Shown: positions 16,823 to 26,603 of the stretch, piece by piece
Layout of the letters: every line of letters begins with the position of its first letter
Numbering within the stretch: the stretch's first letter is position 1
Assembly (NCBI GenBank): GCA_029938605.1
Contig: JAOZUO010000004.1
Coordinates: 23,048 to 87,047, forward strand
Direction of reading: 5' to 3'
From: Deltaproteobacteria bacterium
GTDB lineage: Bacteria; Myxococcota_A; Polyangia; HGW-17; JAJRWW01
Length of the DNA stretch: 64,000 bases
Made by a program: the position numbers and the translations under genes
The notes under the pieces: generated by a model
What the model saw: only the letters and a program-made list of their open reading frames with translations
Told to the model about the DNA's origin: nothing
Databases searched by the model: none

Positions 16823-17356
16823 ATGATGTTCGAGATTTCCACCACCCTCGTCGTTGTAATATCGGCCCTGACGCTCGCGTTGGGCCTTGCCGGCGCGCTC
16901 TACTTCCTTCGGGATCAATTCGGCCTGTTGTGGTGGGTGGTGCGGTCCAAGGTGGTTGCCGAAGTCGATGTCGAACCGGTCGCCCCCCACCGATTTGCGC
17001 TGCGCCACCTGCTGCAAGGCAGCCGCCTGCATCGAGTCTGTCTCAAGCTACACGTATCGGGTCCGCACGGTTCGGTGGGCTTGGCCTGCAAGTACAAGGT
17101 GTCCATCGCGGGACAGGTGGTGACGGAGGAGGTCGTCGGCCACGGCCACTTCCCTCCCAAGCCCTTCGACCGGCGCATCACCCTGAGCCTCTCCAGCGTC
17201 GAGACCAAGGGTCTCGACCGTCACACCCAGAAATGCACCATAGTGTTGACCGATGTCGCGTCCTGCGCACCGGACACGGAGATCGTCGTCGCCGGAGAGA
17301 TCCGGTTGTCTGCCGGGGCCGAAGCGCAGGAGCTGACCGTATTGCTGCGCGCCTGA
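16823..17356 (+). CDS. Hypothetical membrane-anchored protein (N-terminal TM helix + beta-rich domain) in a low-GC accessory patch
   Basis: ORF 16772..17356; internal start MMFEISTTLVVVISALTLALGLAGALYFL. No recognisable family. GC is lower than in flanking genes. Confidence 0.3.
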   Translation: MMFEISTTLVVVISALTLALGLAGALYFLRDQFGLLWWVVRSKVVAEVDVEPVAPHRFALRHLLQGSRLHRVCLKLHVSGPHGSVGLACKYKVSIAGQVVTEEVVGHGHFPPKPFDRRITLSLSSVETKGLDRHTQKCTIVLTDVASCAPDTEIVVAGEIRLSAGAEAQELTVLLRA

Positions 17357-17924
17357 AAACGAACGCGAACGATGTGTGGGGCAGATACATCTCCTCTGAC
17401 CCACGCCGATCCGGGTGAGTGTGAGCACGTTGTTTGATGGAAATGGTCTTGGCGCGGCAGGTCGCGACGATGCCGAGCAGGGTCGCGGCCCGATGGGCAC
17501 CTTCGGTGCTTCCTGTAAAGAGGCTATTGAGCCTGACCTTCGCTTGTTCTGGCTACTTTGGTCATCGGCACAACGGAGGTGCGTGTTTGAGGATTCGAAT
17601 CATCGCTTGGGGGCAGCCTGGAGGAGAAACCGACGCCCTCGACCAGAGCGACCCGCTCGACGAGACTTTGCGTGTTTTGTCCGCTTGCACTCGTGAGGTG
17701 GTAATTTCCACGGACCTCCCATATTGCTAGAAAGGCCCCAGCAGACGTCTACACCGCATATATTGACCCCTCAGCACTCATACCCGATACGTAAGCATGT
17801 GGCCAAAAGTCAGCATGATGTTCTTTAGGCACCGGTCATTTTTACTATAGATCACCTGCCCAGCAGTCATCTGTAGCAAAAATGACATCGCACCTTGCAA
17901 CCGGGCGGAGGTGCGCGGTGGTTG

Positions 17925-18746
17925 CTATTCGGCGATGAAATCATCCAGAGTCAGCACCACGATGTCGGGCTGAGACTCGACCTGCCTGGTCACCCCACCT
18001 GCCGCTACGAGAACGAGTTCCAACGTGCTGCGCTCCCGGTTGGGGTACAGCTGGGCCTTCTCGCGGAGCTGGTGCACCGCGTCCATTCCAGTCCGTTTGC
18101 GAGACCATTTGCACTCGACCAGCGTCGTGACTCCGTCGGTCCTACCGAGCACGAGATCAATCTGGACTCCGCGCTTTCGCTGGGTTTTCCGGTGCCAGTA
18201 GGAGCCGACCTCCTCCAGCGCATCTTCGGCGTCCAGTTGTCTGGCGATCAGGTCGGCATGCTGGTCCACGAAACGCTCGAAGGCAGCCCCCAGGAACCGG
18301 TCCCAGTCTTCCCGACCGATCAGGTCGAAGGGAGACGTGCGCCGTCGCCGATGGATCTTACGTAGGTTGGGTGCAACGAGCTTGAAATAGAAACGCAGGT
18401 AGCTGTCGTCGAGGCGATATCGAATGGTTTTCGAGCGCGGTCCTGCGCCGATGGGGGTGTGACGAGAGACAAGGTCGAGCAGCAGCATCCGCTCGAGATA
18501 GTAAGCGATCAATCCGGTCGCTATCTCCGTCCGCCTGCTCAGCTCGGCCATCGAGAGCGCTTCGCGGGCAAGTTCCCCCAGGATCTGGAAGTACCTCTCC
18601 GTCTCTTTGAGCTGCTCGCTCAACACGAATCTGACTTCGTCCACCAGAAATCCCCCGGCCGAGAATGCCTGTTCGGCAAGGACCCGTCGTACGGGCTTGG
18701 GGCCGGCAAATAGCTCCACGTAGGCGGGCACTCCGCCCACAGCCAA
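17925..18746 (-). pseudogene. 5'-truncated gene of the DUF234/archaeal-ATPase family (winged-helix + PD-(D/E)XK-like C-terminal nuclease domain), lacking the N-terminal P-loop ATPase half
   Basis: The 273-aa ORF starts in the middle of the family architecture. It has the DUF234-like segment LIAYYLERMLLLDLVSR...TIRYRLDDSYLRFYFKLV and the C-terminal restriction-endonuclease-like segment VGSYWHRKTQRKRGVQIDLVLGRTDGVTTLVECKWSRK. No Walker A/B region is found upstream in any frame. Confidence 0.5.
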
Positions 18747-18868
18747 CAGTGACGGTTATGGAAAGCTCTCCATAAGAGGTAGCACGGCGTGTTCGCAAAC
18801 CGCTCCCGACATCGCCCACTGCTTCCAAGGCCGTCGCGGAAGCGAACCCGAAGCTGGTAGCCAGGTTC

Positions 18869-19141
18869 ATGAACTGGGTCCAGGCCCGGTTCCACGACGA
18901 CAACCGACGAAAAGGTGAGGTCCGGGCCGAGGACAATCAGGCACCAGGAGGAATCGACACGATGCTCGAATCAGCGATCAAGGAGCGAGCAGAGAAAGAG
19001 CGCCGGGAAGGCCGCCAGGAAGGCCGGATGGAGGAGAAGCGCGAGGTAGCTCGTAAGGCGCTGGCCAAGGGCATGAGCCCTGCTGACGTGGCCGAGTTGA
19101 CCGCGCTGCCGTTGGAGGAGGTCCAAAGGCTTACGCACTGA
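18869..19141 (+). pseudogene. C-terminal fragment of an Rpn/YhgA-like (PD-(D/E)XK, transposase_31 family) recombination-promoting nuclease
   Basis: ...ESAIKERAEKERREGRQEGRMEEKREVARKALAKGMSPADVAELTALPLEEVQRLTH matches the characteristic tail of this family (EGRQEG repeats + ...GLS.EEI..LTGLS.EEV..L). The N-terminal ~250-aa nuclease domain is absent. Confidence 0.4.
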
Positions 19142-19489
19142 GTTGTGTAAACCAGAGATGGACAGGTTGAGAATCTGACGAATCTCCAGAAAGATAGTTG
19201 GTGTAACTGCTCCTTTGGGGAGCAAATCAAGAACTCTGCCTAACGGCGGGGTTTTTGGTTTACACCACGACTTCCTGAGCAACACCGGCCTGCAGGACGT
19301 CGAGTACCTGGTCGGCGACCCGCCTCCGGGGCCCAACGGCGTCGCCACGGTGTTTTACAACAAGTCCTGCTACCATCCGATCTATGCACCCAGGTAAAGG
19401 ACGTCCAGTTGCGCTGTCACACCACCCTGGACGGCCTGCATCGCATCAAGCTCTGCCGTTGAGCCGATTGCGGGGTGGAGTGAAGAAGC

Positions 19490-20671
19490 TCAGGTGGCCG
19501 TCAGGCGTCCCTCGAGGAAATCGAGGACGCGTCGGGCGCGGGCGGGGTAGGTGTAGTTTTGACTGTCGGCCAGGGCTCGAGCTCCCAGCTGGGCGCGGTG
19601 ATCGGGGTCTGACTGCAGCAGGCGCAGTGCCCGGGCTGCCGCGGCCAGGTCGCCCGGTGGTACGAGGATACCGTTGTGCTCGTGGCGGATCACCTCCCGG
19701 AGGTCCGGCGTGTTGCCGGCGAGCACGGGTCGGCCGGTGGCGAGGTAGAGAAAGGCCTTGATGGGCAGCACCGTGTGGCCCGCGTCCTGTAGGCCGGTGG
19801 CTGAGGGCGGAATGGTCAGCACGTCGGCCGCATAGAGGTAAGGGGCGAGGGCGGCCTGACGCATCCAGCCGAAGACCTGGACGTTGGGCAGGCTCCGGGC
19901 ACGCCGCTCCACTGGCCCCTGGCCTTTGGAGCCAACGAGCAGGAAGCGCACGTCCGGGAGCCGCGCGGCGAGGTCGCAGAGCAGATCGACGCCCTTGGTG
20001 GCGGTGACGTCACCCACGTAGGCGACGGTGAAGGGATCGGCATCTGATGCCAGGGGAGGTAGGTCGAGGATCTGGCGGGCCTGGGCGCGGCTGAGCCGGG
20101 GCTCCAGGCTGGAGGGGTTGAAACCGTTTCTGGCCGTGAGCAGCCGATCGGGCTCGAGGCCGCAGCAGGCGTAGCTATCGGCGGCCAGCTGGGAGTGCAG
20201 GATCAGGCCGCAGAATCGCGGAAGCCGCGCCAGTTGGCGGAACAGCATCGCCATGTGAGCGTACTGATCCGGCCAGGGGCGATAGGTCTCGTAGAAGGTC
20301 GGCAGAGGGGTTTGGTGTAGGCCCGCCAGCAGGGCGGGCAGGTTGCGCGAATAGACGAGATCGGCGGTGGTGTCTGCGATGCGGGCGGCGGCCCGGTGGG
20401 CCAAGGTGAGCTTCTCGAGACCGCGGAATAAGCCCGGGCCCGGGCCGCGGCCGCAGAGGCTCACCGCGAGGGGCACGGTGGCGAAGGTCGGTGCGACGTC
20501 GTAGTGCGCGGCGATGGCCTCGTCGGTGGCGGCCTGCGCGGGGTCGTTGGAGGTGTAGTAGAGCGTGACCCGCGCCCCGGCGGCGCCGAATGCCGAGCAC
20601 ATGGTCACCACCTGCAGGCGATCCGTGCCGGTGCCGGGGTAACGTTGGTCGCTGACGTAGGCGATATGCAT
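19490..20671 (-). CDS. Glycosyltransferase family 4 (GT-B, retaining)
   Basis: C-terminal GT4 catalytic region (YVGDVTATKGVDLL...VRFLLVGSKGQGPVERRARSLPNVQVFGWMRQAALAPYLYAADVLTIPPS...FLYLATGRPVLAGNTPDLREVIRHEHNGILVPPGD). Confidence 0.8.
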   Translation of the reverse strand: MHIAYVSDQRYPGTGTDRLQVVTMCSAFGAAGARVTLYYTSNDPAQAATDEAIAAHYDVAPTFATVPLAVSLCGRGPGPGLFRGLEKLTLAHRAAARIADTTADLVYSRNLPALLAGLHQTPLPTFYETYRPWPDQYAHMAMLFRQLARLPRFCGLILHSQLAADSYACCGLEPDRLLTARNGFNPSSLEPRLSRAQARQILDLPPLASDADPFTVAYVGDVTATKGVDLLCDLAARLPDVRFLLVGSKGQGPVERRARSLPNVQVFGWMRQAALAPYLYAADVLTIPPSATGLQDAGHTVLPIKAFLYLATGRPVLAGNTPDLREVIRHEHNGILVPPGDLAAAARALRLLQSDPDHRAQLGARALADSQNYTYPARARRVLDFLEGRLTAT

Positions 20672-20695
20672 GGCGTGCGCGTAGGGGGTTGATGA

Positions 20696-21946
20696 TCACC
20701 GACCGGGGGGGTTGCCCTGGCCCGGACGGAGGCTCTCACGCCAGAGGCGATCGATGGTTTCGTAACAGGTCTTGGCGTACCGTGGCTCGAGGGTCGGGAA
20801 GACGAGGTCGCGCAAGCCCGAACGCTTCGCGGCGTAAGGCTGCAGGTCCTGCCACTGCCCGGAGACGATGAGCTCCACCAGCTCCTCCACGTCCCACACC
20901 ACGGGGCCATAGGCGATGTCTTCATAGTCATCGTAGAAGTTACGCCGCTCGAGGTAGTGATCCAGATCGTAGGGAAAGAAAATCATCGGCTTGTCCAGGG
21001 CCAGGTAGTCGAAGATGGCACCGGAGTAATCCGAGATGAAGCCGGCGCAGCGCAGCATGGCCGCCTGGAGCTCGGCTGGGGGCAACCACTGCACTCGCGC
21101 CTGGAGCCGCTCGGCCTGCGACAAGCCCACGGTGTTGATGTGCGCCCCCACCAGCAACCGATAGTCCTGATCGGCCAGCCAGGCCTGGAGCCGCGGGTGG
21201 TCCATCAGAGCCTCGACGGTGGCGCCCAGCGCCTGCTGGGACTGGCGCTCCTCGCGCCAGGTGGGGAAGTAGAGCAGGGTTCGCTCGGTGGCCGGGAGGT
21301 CGCGGCGGGCCTCGAGCAGGCCGTCCAGGTGGGCCCCGCCGCCCAGATGGACCTTGTGCGCCTGGTCCGGGTAGGAGAGGGCGAAGTTGGCGCGCTCCTT
21401 GTCCGAGGAGGCCAACAACGCGTCGAAGTGGGGAACTGTCTGCTCGAAGGCCCAGCGCCGGACGCCGCGCAGCTCGTGCACCCCGGGGTCGTGATACTGA
21501 CCCGCCTTGAGCAGGTTCATGGAGTGGTTCAGGTGCACGCGGAAGCCGGTCAGACCCCGCATGAACAAAAGACAGAGTTCGAGATCATCCTCCCCGTGGG
21601 AGTAGATCAGCACGGGGGCCTTGAAGATCGTCCAGCGGGCCCGCGCCGTGTTGCCGCAGAGGCAGGGCAGACCGCGGGCGCTGAGCTCGGCCAGCACCGA
21701 GTCGTTGGTGCTGATCCAGATCACCGGCTGCCGAGTATGGTTGACCATGTACTCGTGGAGCACTGCGCAGTTGTCGACGCGAAGCCGACCGCCATGCCCG
21801 CCGATTACCCAGGGCTCATTCTCTCCGCGTTTGAGGCGAGCGAGGGGATACAGCAAGGGCGTGCTGGCCAGAAAACTGACGATGTTGCGAGCGGGCCCCG
21901 CCACCTTGCGGGCCTGGTCACGCAGTGCGGTCAAGCTCGACTTCAT
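20696..21946 (-). CDS. CDP-glycerol glycerophosphotransferase (TagB/TagF family)
   Basis: N-terminal TagF domain (EPWVIGGHGGRLRVDNCAVLHEYMVNH). Catalytic-domain hallmarks are TLLYFPTWREE and ISDYSGAIFDYLALDKPMIFFPYDLDHYLERRNFYDDYE. Confidence 0.75.
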   Translation of the reverse strand: MKSSLTALRDQARKVAGPARNIVSFLASTPLLYPLARLKRGENEPWVIGGHGGRLRVDNCAVLHEYMVNHTRQPVIWISTNDSVLAELSARGLPCLCGNTARARWTIFKAPVLIYSHGEDDLELCLLFMRGLTGFRVHLNHSMNLLKAGQYHDPGVHELRGVRRWAFEQTVPHFDALLASSDKERANFALSYPDQAHKVHLGGGAHLDGLLEARRDLPATERTLLYFPTWREERQSQQALGATVEALMDHPRLQAWLADQDYRLLVGAHINTVGLSQAERLQARVQWLPPAELQAAMLRCAGFISDYSGAIFDYLALDKPMIFFPYDLDHYLERRNFYDDYEDIAYGPVVWDVEELVELIVSGQWQDLQPYAAKRSGLRDLVFPTLEPRYAKTCYETIDRLWRESLRPGQGNPPGR

Positions 21947-22193
21947 GGCGGTATTGTAGCGAAGGAGCCCGGCCTTGTGAAGTGATTGGGCTCAAACCTG
22001 GGTCACGATAAACATCCGATGTTAAACATTCCATTGACTACGCTAAGCTGCTTCGCGGATACTCGGGTCGAGTTCATCCGAATCACTACACAAACCCGCA
22101 TCGTTTCGAGAAAGCGATCCGAGCCATGGCAGGCCCCCTCAACGGCAAGACTGAAGACGATGGGGAGAGCTGCCTCGAGCGTGCCCAGCCGAG

Positions 22194-23738
22194 ATGAGCG
22201 AGAACCAAGAGCGAGCCCGTCAGACCACCTTCCTGGTGGTCGGCAAGGTCCTCTCCTCGCTGTCCGAGGCAGCGGTGCCCATGGTGCTCGTGCGAATGCT
22301 GCCCGCCACAGAGGTGGGTATCCTGAGCGCCATACTGCTGCTCTACGCGATCCTGGCGCCGATTCTGACCGCGGCCTTCCCAGCGACCCTGATGTTCTAC
22401 CTGCCGACCCGCGAGGCCCCGGCCCGGCGCGCCATCGCCGCGCGGGTGGGTCTGGTGCTGTTTGGCCTGGGCGCATCGGCTGCAGCGCTGCTGTTCGGCC
22501 TTGGGCTGATCGCCCTGCTGGCGCCCAACACCCTACACGCGCTCACCAACAGCGTTGTAGGTGGCACCTCGGCTGTGGGCCCCGAGGGACTGAAGTACCT
22601 GCTCATCCTGGCGATCATGCCCCTGGGCGATCTCCCGTCCCGGATGCTGCCCAACCTGCTGGTGGTGGAGGGCCGCGCCAGCACCGCCGCCGGCATCGGC
22701 GTGGTGAAGTCCATCGGCACTGCGGTCTTCAGCATGGTGCCGCTCTTCCTCGGGATGGATATCTGGTACGTCGTCGGTTCCATCGCCCTGTTCGGCTTCG
22801 GCTACGGGGGGCTGGTGCCCTACTATCTCCGGAAGCTCTATCCAGGGGCTAGCCGAGCGGCCGTTCCCTTCACCACCGGCGCTCTCTTCCGCTTTGCCAT
22901 TCCCCTCGGCCTCACTGACATCACCTCGACCCTGAACGCCAAGCTGGATCAGTTCCTGATTACTCTCTACTTCGTCGCCGCCATGGTGGCCCAGTATCAA
23001 ATGGGCGCCTTCCGGATACCCGTGGTCACCGCCATCGCCATGTCCACCGGTGCGGTCTACGCGCCACACTTCACCCGCCTCTTTAGCAAGGGAAAGTTCC
23101 GAGAGGCCATCGACACCTGGCGTCTATCGATTCGCAAGGTTGCCATGCTCGTCGTGCCCATCTCCCTGGTGTTCGTCGTGGCCGCAGAGGAGACCATCGA
23201 GCTGCTGTTCACCAGGGACTATCTGGCCGCGTCCAACGTGTTTCGGGCGTACTGCGTCTTGAGCATGATGCGCGTCGCCGCCTTTGGCCCGGTGATCGTC
23301 GCCGCGGGGCGCCCCAAGCTGGTCTTCAAGGCCGCAGCCATCTCTTTCGGCTCCAACGTGGTAATCAGCGTGCCCCTCCTTTTCATCATTGGCTTCGAGG
23401 GCCCGGCCGTTGGTACGGCGCTGGCCTTCATCCCCGGTGCCGCCGCCTACTGCTGGTACATTGCCAAGGCCTCTGGCATGCACTTCCGAGAGATCTTCCC
23501 GGTGACGGACTACCTGAAGGTGGTGGCCGTGGGCGCGGTGGCAGCAGGCGCGGCAGCGGCGTTCAAGCTCAGCTTTCCTTTTGGCGCGGCACTGCGGCTC
23601 ACCGGAATTGCGGTGGTGTTGCTGGCCGTATTCGTTATCGTGGGCTCGGCGACCCGATTGATCCGCCGTGAGGACTGGTTGTTCGTGGGCCAGTGGTTCT
23701 CCAAGAAGCTGCGACGCGAGAACGACGAAAACCGCTGA
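22194..23738 (+). CDS. Wzx/RfbX-type polysaccharide flippase (MOP superfamily)
   Basis: 514 aa with ~14 predicted TM helices and the polysaccharide-biosynthesis-protein N-terminal signature. Adjacent to glycosyltransferases. Confidence 0.75.
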   Translation: MSENQERARQTTFLVVGKVLSSLSEAAVPMVLVRMLPATEVGILSAILLLYAILAPILTAAFPATLMFYLPTREAPARRAIAARVGLVLFGLGASAAALLFGLGLIALLAPNTLHALTNSVVGGTSAVGPEGLKYLLILAIMPLGDLPSRMLPNLLVVEGRASTAAGIGVVKSIGTAVFSMVPLFLGMDIWYVVGSIALFGFGYGGLVPYYLRKLYPGASRAAVPFTTGALFRFAIPLGLTDITSTLNAKLDQFLITLYFVAAMVAQYQMGAFRIPVVTAIAMSTGAVYAPHFTRLFSKGKFREAIDTWRLSIRKVAMLVVPISLVFVVAAEETIELLFTRDYLAASNVFRAYCVLSMMRVAAFGPVIVAAGRPKLVFKAAAISFGSNVVISVPLLFIIGFEGPAVGTALAFIPGAAAYCWYIAKASGMHFREIFPVTDYLKVVAVGAVAAGAAAAFKLSFPFGAALRLTGIAVVLLAVFVIVGSATRLIRREDWLFVGQWFSKKLRRENDENR

Positions 23739-23755
23739 ACGGCGGCAAGGATCCA

Positions 23756-26593
23756 ATGTCTGGATTTGCATCACGCATCTTGAAGTACTTCGCGCGGTAC
23801 GCCGCCTACGCGAGCCGACGTCCTTGGATACCACTGCTCCTGTCGCTCGGGGTGGCCGCCGCGGCGCTCGTGGCCGCCTCCCAGCTGCTCCAGTTGGATC
23901 CGCGCTTTGACGCCCTGCTTCCCTCGGGCACCCCCTCGGTGGAAGCGCGGGCCGAGGCTCGCAAACGCATGGGCTCGAGCGCCCTGTACCTTATCGCCGT
24001 GCGTAGCCCCGACCCGGTGGCCAACTACCGCATGACCCGGGATCTGGCGAAGGAGATCTCCGGGTGGAAGGAGACCGTGTGGGTGCTGCATCGCCGGGAC
24101 ACGGAGGTGTTCCGTAAGCACGCCCTGTTTTACACCGACGAAAAGGATCTGAAGGAGCTGGCGGTCACCCTCAAGCGAGTGGTGGACCGAGCCCTGCAGC
24201 GGGCCCGGGCCAAGGCCAGCGGGTGGGAGCCCTTAGACGACGAAGAAGAGGAAGAGATCAAAAAGAAGGACCAGGCGGACAAAGACCGCCTACGGGCCCT
24301 GGGGGACAAGTACCGCTTCCGGCTCATGCAGGCCAAGCAGGAGGGCCTCCTCGCGGAGTTGGACGCGCTGCTGACCAAAGAGAAGACGCTCAAAAAGGCG
24401 GACAAAAAACGGATCCGCCAGGTCTACCGGGACGCCCTGGAGACCTTCCGCCAACCCCGGCTATCCAAGCGGTTGGACCGGTGGCTGCCTCGGCACAAGG
24501 AGCTCACCGCCGCCCAGCGCCAGCAGCTCCGCAAGTCGATCCGGGACGCCCTGATCAACGACTCCGGGGACGTGACGGTGGTCATCGCCCAACTGACCAA
24601 GGGTACGAACAACGTGGAGTTCGCCCGGCGCGTGTACCTCAAGGGCGAGACCCTGATCAAAAAGCTGGACCCCCACAAGTACCACCCGGAGATGATCGCG
24701 CGGGTGGGCGGCGCCTACCGCAGCTTCCGGGAGTACGACCAGGCCATCAGCGACATCCGCGCGGCATCCATCGCCTCGCTGCTCATGGTGCTGGGCCTGC
24801 TGGTGGTCTTCTTCCGGCGCCTGCGCGCCATCGTCGTCGTGCTCGTTCCGCTGTTGGCAGGCATCGCCTGGGCCGCCGGCTTCGCCGCCCTCGCCTTCGG
24901 GAAGATGAACATCATCACGTCCTTCATCGCGGCGATCCTCATCGGCCTGGGCATCGACTTCGCGATCCACCTCTACTCCGCCTATCGCAGCCACCGGCTG
25001 GGCGGGGCGAACTTGGAGGAGGGGCTGTCCGGTGCCGTGCACGAGGCGGGGCCGGGCATGTTCACCGCCGCCATCACCACCATGGCTGCGCTGCTCACCC
25101 TGGCAGCCGCGCACTTTCGGGCCTTCAACGAGTTCGGCTACATCGCCGCCGCGGGAGTGCTCTTGTGCCTGGTCGCGGCGCTGGTGGTCATGCCGCCGGT
25201 GATCGCGATTCTCGACCGCATCCGCACCGAGCGCTTCCCCGCGCCGAAGGAGGGGGCCACCCGCAAGCTCACGGCGCAGCGCATCCGCTGGCTGGCGGCG
25301 ACCGCGGGGGGGCTTGCGCTGATCATCACGGCGGTCCTGGCCTGGCGGGCCCCATCGGTGGCCTTCGAATACGACTTCAAGAAGCTTCGCGGCAAGGGCT
25401 CGGCCAAGACAGGCATCGCCTATGGCGAGGCCATGCGCGGCTCCAGTGGCTCGGCGCCCATGGTGCTCATGGCCGACAGCGCGGCGCACATCCGTCTCGC
25501 TCACAAGGAGCTGAACCGCCGCAAGAAAGCAGAGCAGAGGTGCTGCGACGTCTACCTGGCCGGCTCCATGCCCCAAGGCAAATGGTGCAAGCGTATGGGG
25601 CTCACCAACCCGCGGTCCCGGCGCATCGTCTACACGGCCTGGGATGGCACGCGCAAGTGCCGCCCCCGGGTACGGGATATCGTGACCGTGGCCACGTTCA
25701 TCCCCGAAGGGCAGAAGGCCAAGCTGCCGCACATCCGGATGATCCGCGAGACGCTCAGGCCCACCAAGAAAAAGGGCGACCCCATCGAGGAGGCGTCGGG
25801 GGACATCCGCAAGGAGCTGAGGCAGCTACGGGACTACGCCCAGATCGACGCCCCCCTGACCATTACCACGCTCCCGCGTTGGGCACGCCGGAGCCTCACC
25901 GAGAAGGTGAACGGGCCCGACGGCAAGCCCCGCATGGGCGCCATCGGCCTGGTGTACTGCAGCCTGCACTTCCGGGACGTGCGGGACATGATCGACATGT
26001 CCCGCGACTACGCCCAGCTCAAGGTGGGCGAGCGACCCGTGCGGCTGGCCGCCGGGCAGTTTGTGGTCTCAGAGGTGGTGGAAACGGTGCAGAAGGACGG
26101 CGAGCACGTGTTTATCTACGCCTTCGTGGCGGTGCTGCTGCTCCTGCTATTGGACCTGCTCTCCATCTCGGGTGCCCTCATCTGCTTCACCACCCTGACC
26201 CTGGGCTTTTTGTGGTCCCTGGGCGCCATGCAGTGGTTCGACCTGAAGCTGGGGGTGTACAACATGCTCGTGGTGCCCACCGCCTTAGGCGTGGGCATCG
26301 ATGGCTCTGTCCATCTGTACCACCGGTTCAAGCGCCTTGGCCCGGCGTATGCCGATGCCCCCCTGGGCCATACCGGCACTGCGGTCATCGCCTCCTCCAT
26401 CACCACCACCGCCGGCTTCGCCGGTCTGTTCTTCATCGCCCACGGTGGCCTCCGCACCATCGCCTGGTTCGCCACGGTCTCCATCGTCCTCACCCTGGCG
26501 GGCATCCTGACGATCCTCCCCGGCCTCCTCATCTGGCGCTCCCGAGCCCTCCAGAAGAAGCAGGTCCAGGACGAGCCCCACCCGAAGCCGTGA
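23756..26593 (+). CDS. MMPL/RND-superfamily exporter (two 6-TM bundles with large periplasmic loops)
   Basis: Starts at the ATG at 23756 inside the longer 23693 ORF. There are two repeated SSD-like TM regions (for example SIASLLMVLGLLVVFFRRLRAIVVVLVPLLAGIAWAAGFAALAFGKMNIITSFIAAILIGLGIDFAIHLYSAY, plus a second set near the C-terminus). Coiled-coil-rich periplasmic domains. Confidence 0.75.
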   Translation: MSGFASRILKYFARYAAYASRRPWIPLLLSLGVAAAALVAASQLLQLDPRFDALLPSGTPSVEARAEARKRMGSSALYLIAVRSPDPVANYRMTRDLAKEISGWKETVWVLHRRDTEVFRKHALFYTDEKDLKELAVTLKRVVDRALQRARAKASGWEPLDDEEEEEIKKKDQADKDRLRALGDKYRFRLMQAKQEGLLAELDALLTKEKTLKKADKKRIRQVYRDALETFRQPRLSKRLDRWLPRHKELTAAQRQQLRKSIRDALINDSGDVTVVIAQLTKGTNNVEFARRVYLKGETLIKKLDPHKYHPEMIARVGGAYRSFREYDQAISDIRAASIASLLMVLGLLVVFFRRLRAIVVVLVPLLAGIAWAAGFAALAFGKMNIITSFIAAILIGLGIDFAIHLYSAYRSHRLGGANLEEGLSGAVHEAGPGMFTAAITTMAALLTLAAAHFRAFNEFGYIAAAGVLLCLVAALVVMPPVIAILDRIRTERFPAPKEGATRKLTAQRIRWLAATAGGLALIITAVLAWRAPSVAFEYDFKKLRGKGSAKTGIAYGEAMRGSSGSAPMVLMADSAAHIRLAHKELNRRKKAEQRCCDVYLAGSMPQGKWCKRMGLTNPRSRRIVYTAWDGTRKCRPRVRDIVTVATFIPEGQKAKLPHIRMIRETLRPTKKKGDPIEEASGDIRKELRQLRDYAQIDAPLTITTLPRWARRSLTEKVNGPDGKPRMGAIGLVYCSLHFRDVRDMIDMSRDYAQLKVGERPVRLAAGQFVVSEVVETVQKDGEHVFIYAFVAVLLLLLLDLLSISGALICFTTLTLGFLWSLGAMQWFDLKLGVYNMLVVPTALGVGIDGSVHLYHRFKRLGPAYADAPLGHTGTAVIASSITTTAGFAGLFFIAHGGLRTIAWFATVSIVLTLAGILTILPGLLIWRSRALQKKQVQDEPHPKP

Positions 26594-26603
26594 TCCGGCA
26601 GCG

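Noticed and set aside
19141-19270. Short inverted pair gtgtaaacca / tggtttacac flanking ~100 bp, possible MITE or IS end
   Set aside because: Only 10-11 bp of complementarity, no terminal GTAA or other IS-family signature, and no repeats elsewhere in the window. Insufficient evidence.
21986-22852. 288-aa plus-strand ORF upstream of and overlapping the Wzx flippase gene
   Set aside because: Pro/Arg/Gly-rich translation and a different frame from the well-supported membrane protein starting at 22194. Most likely non-coding plus frame overlap.
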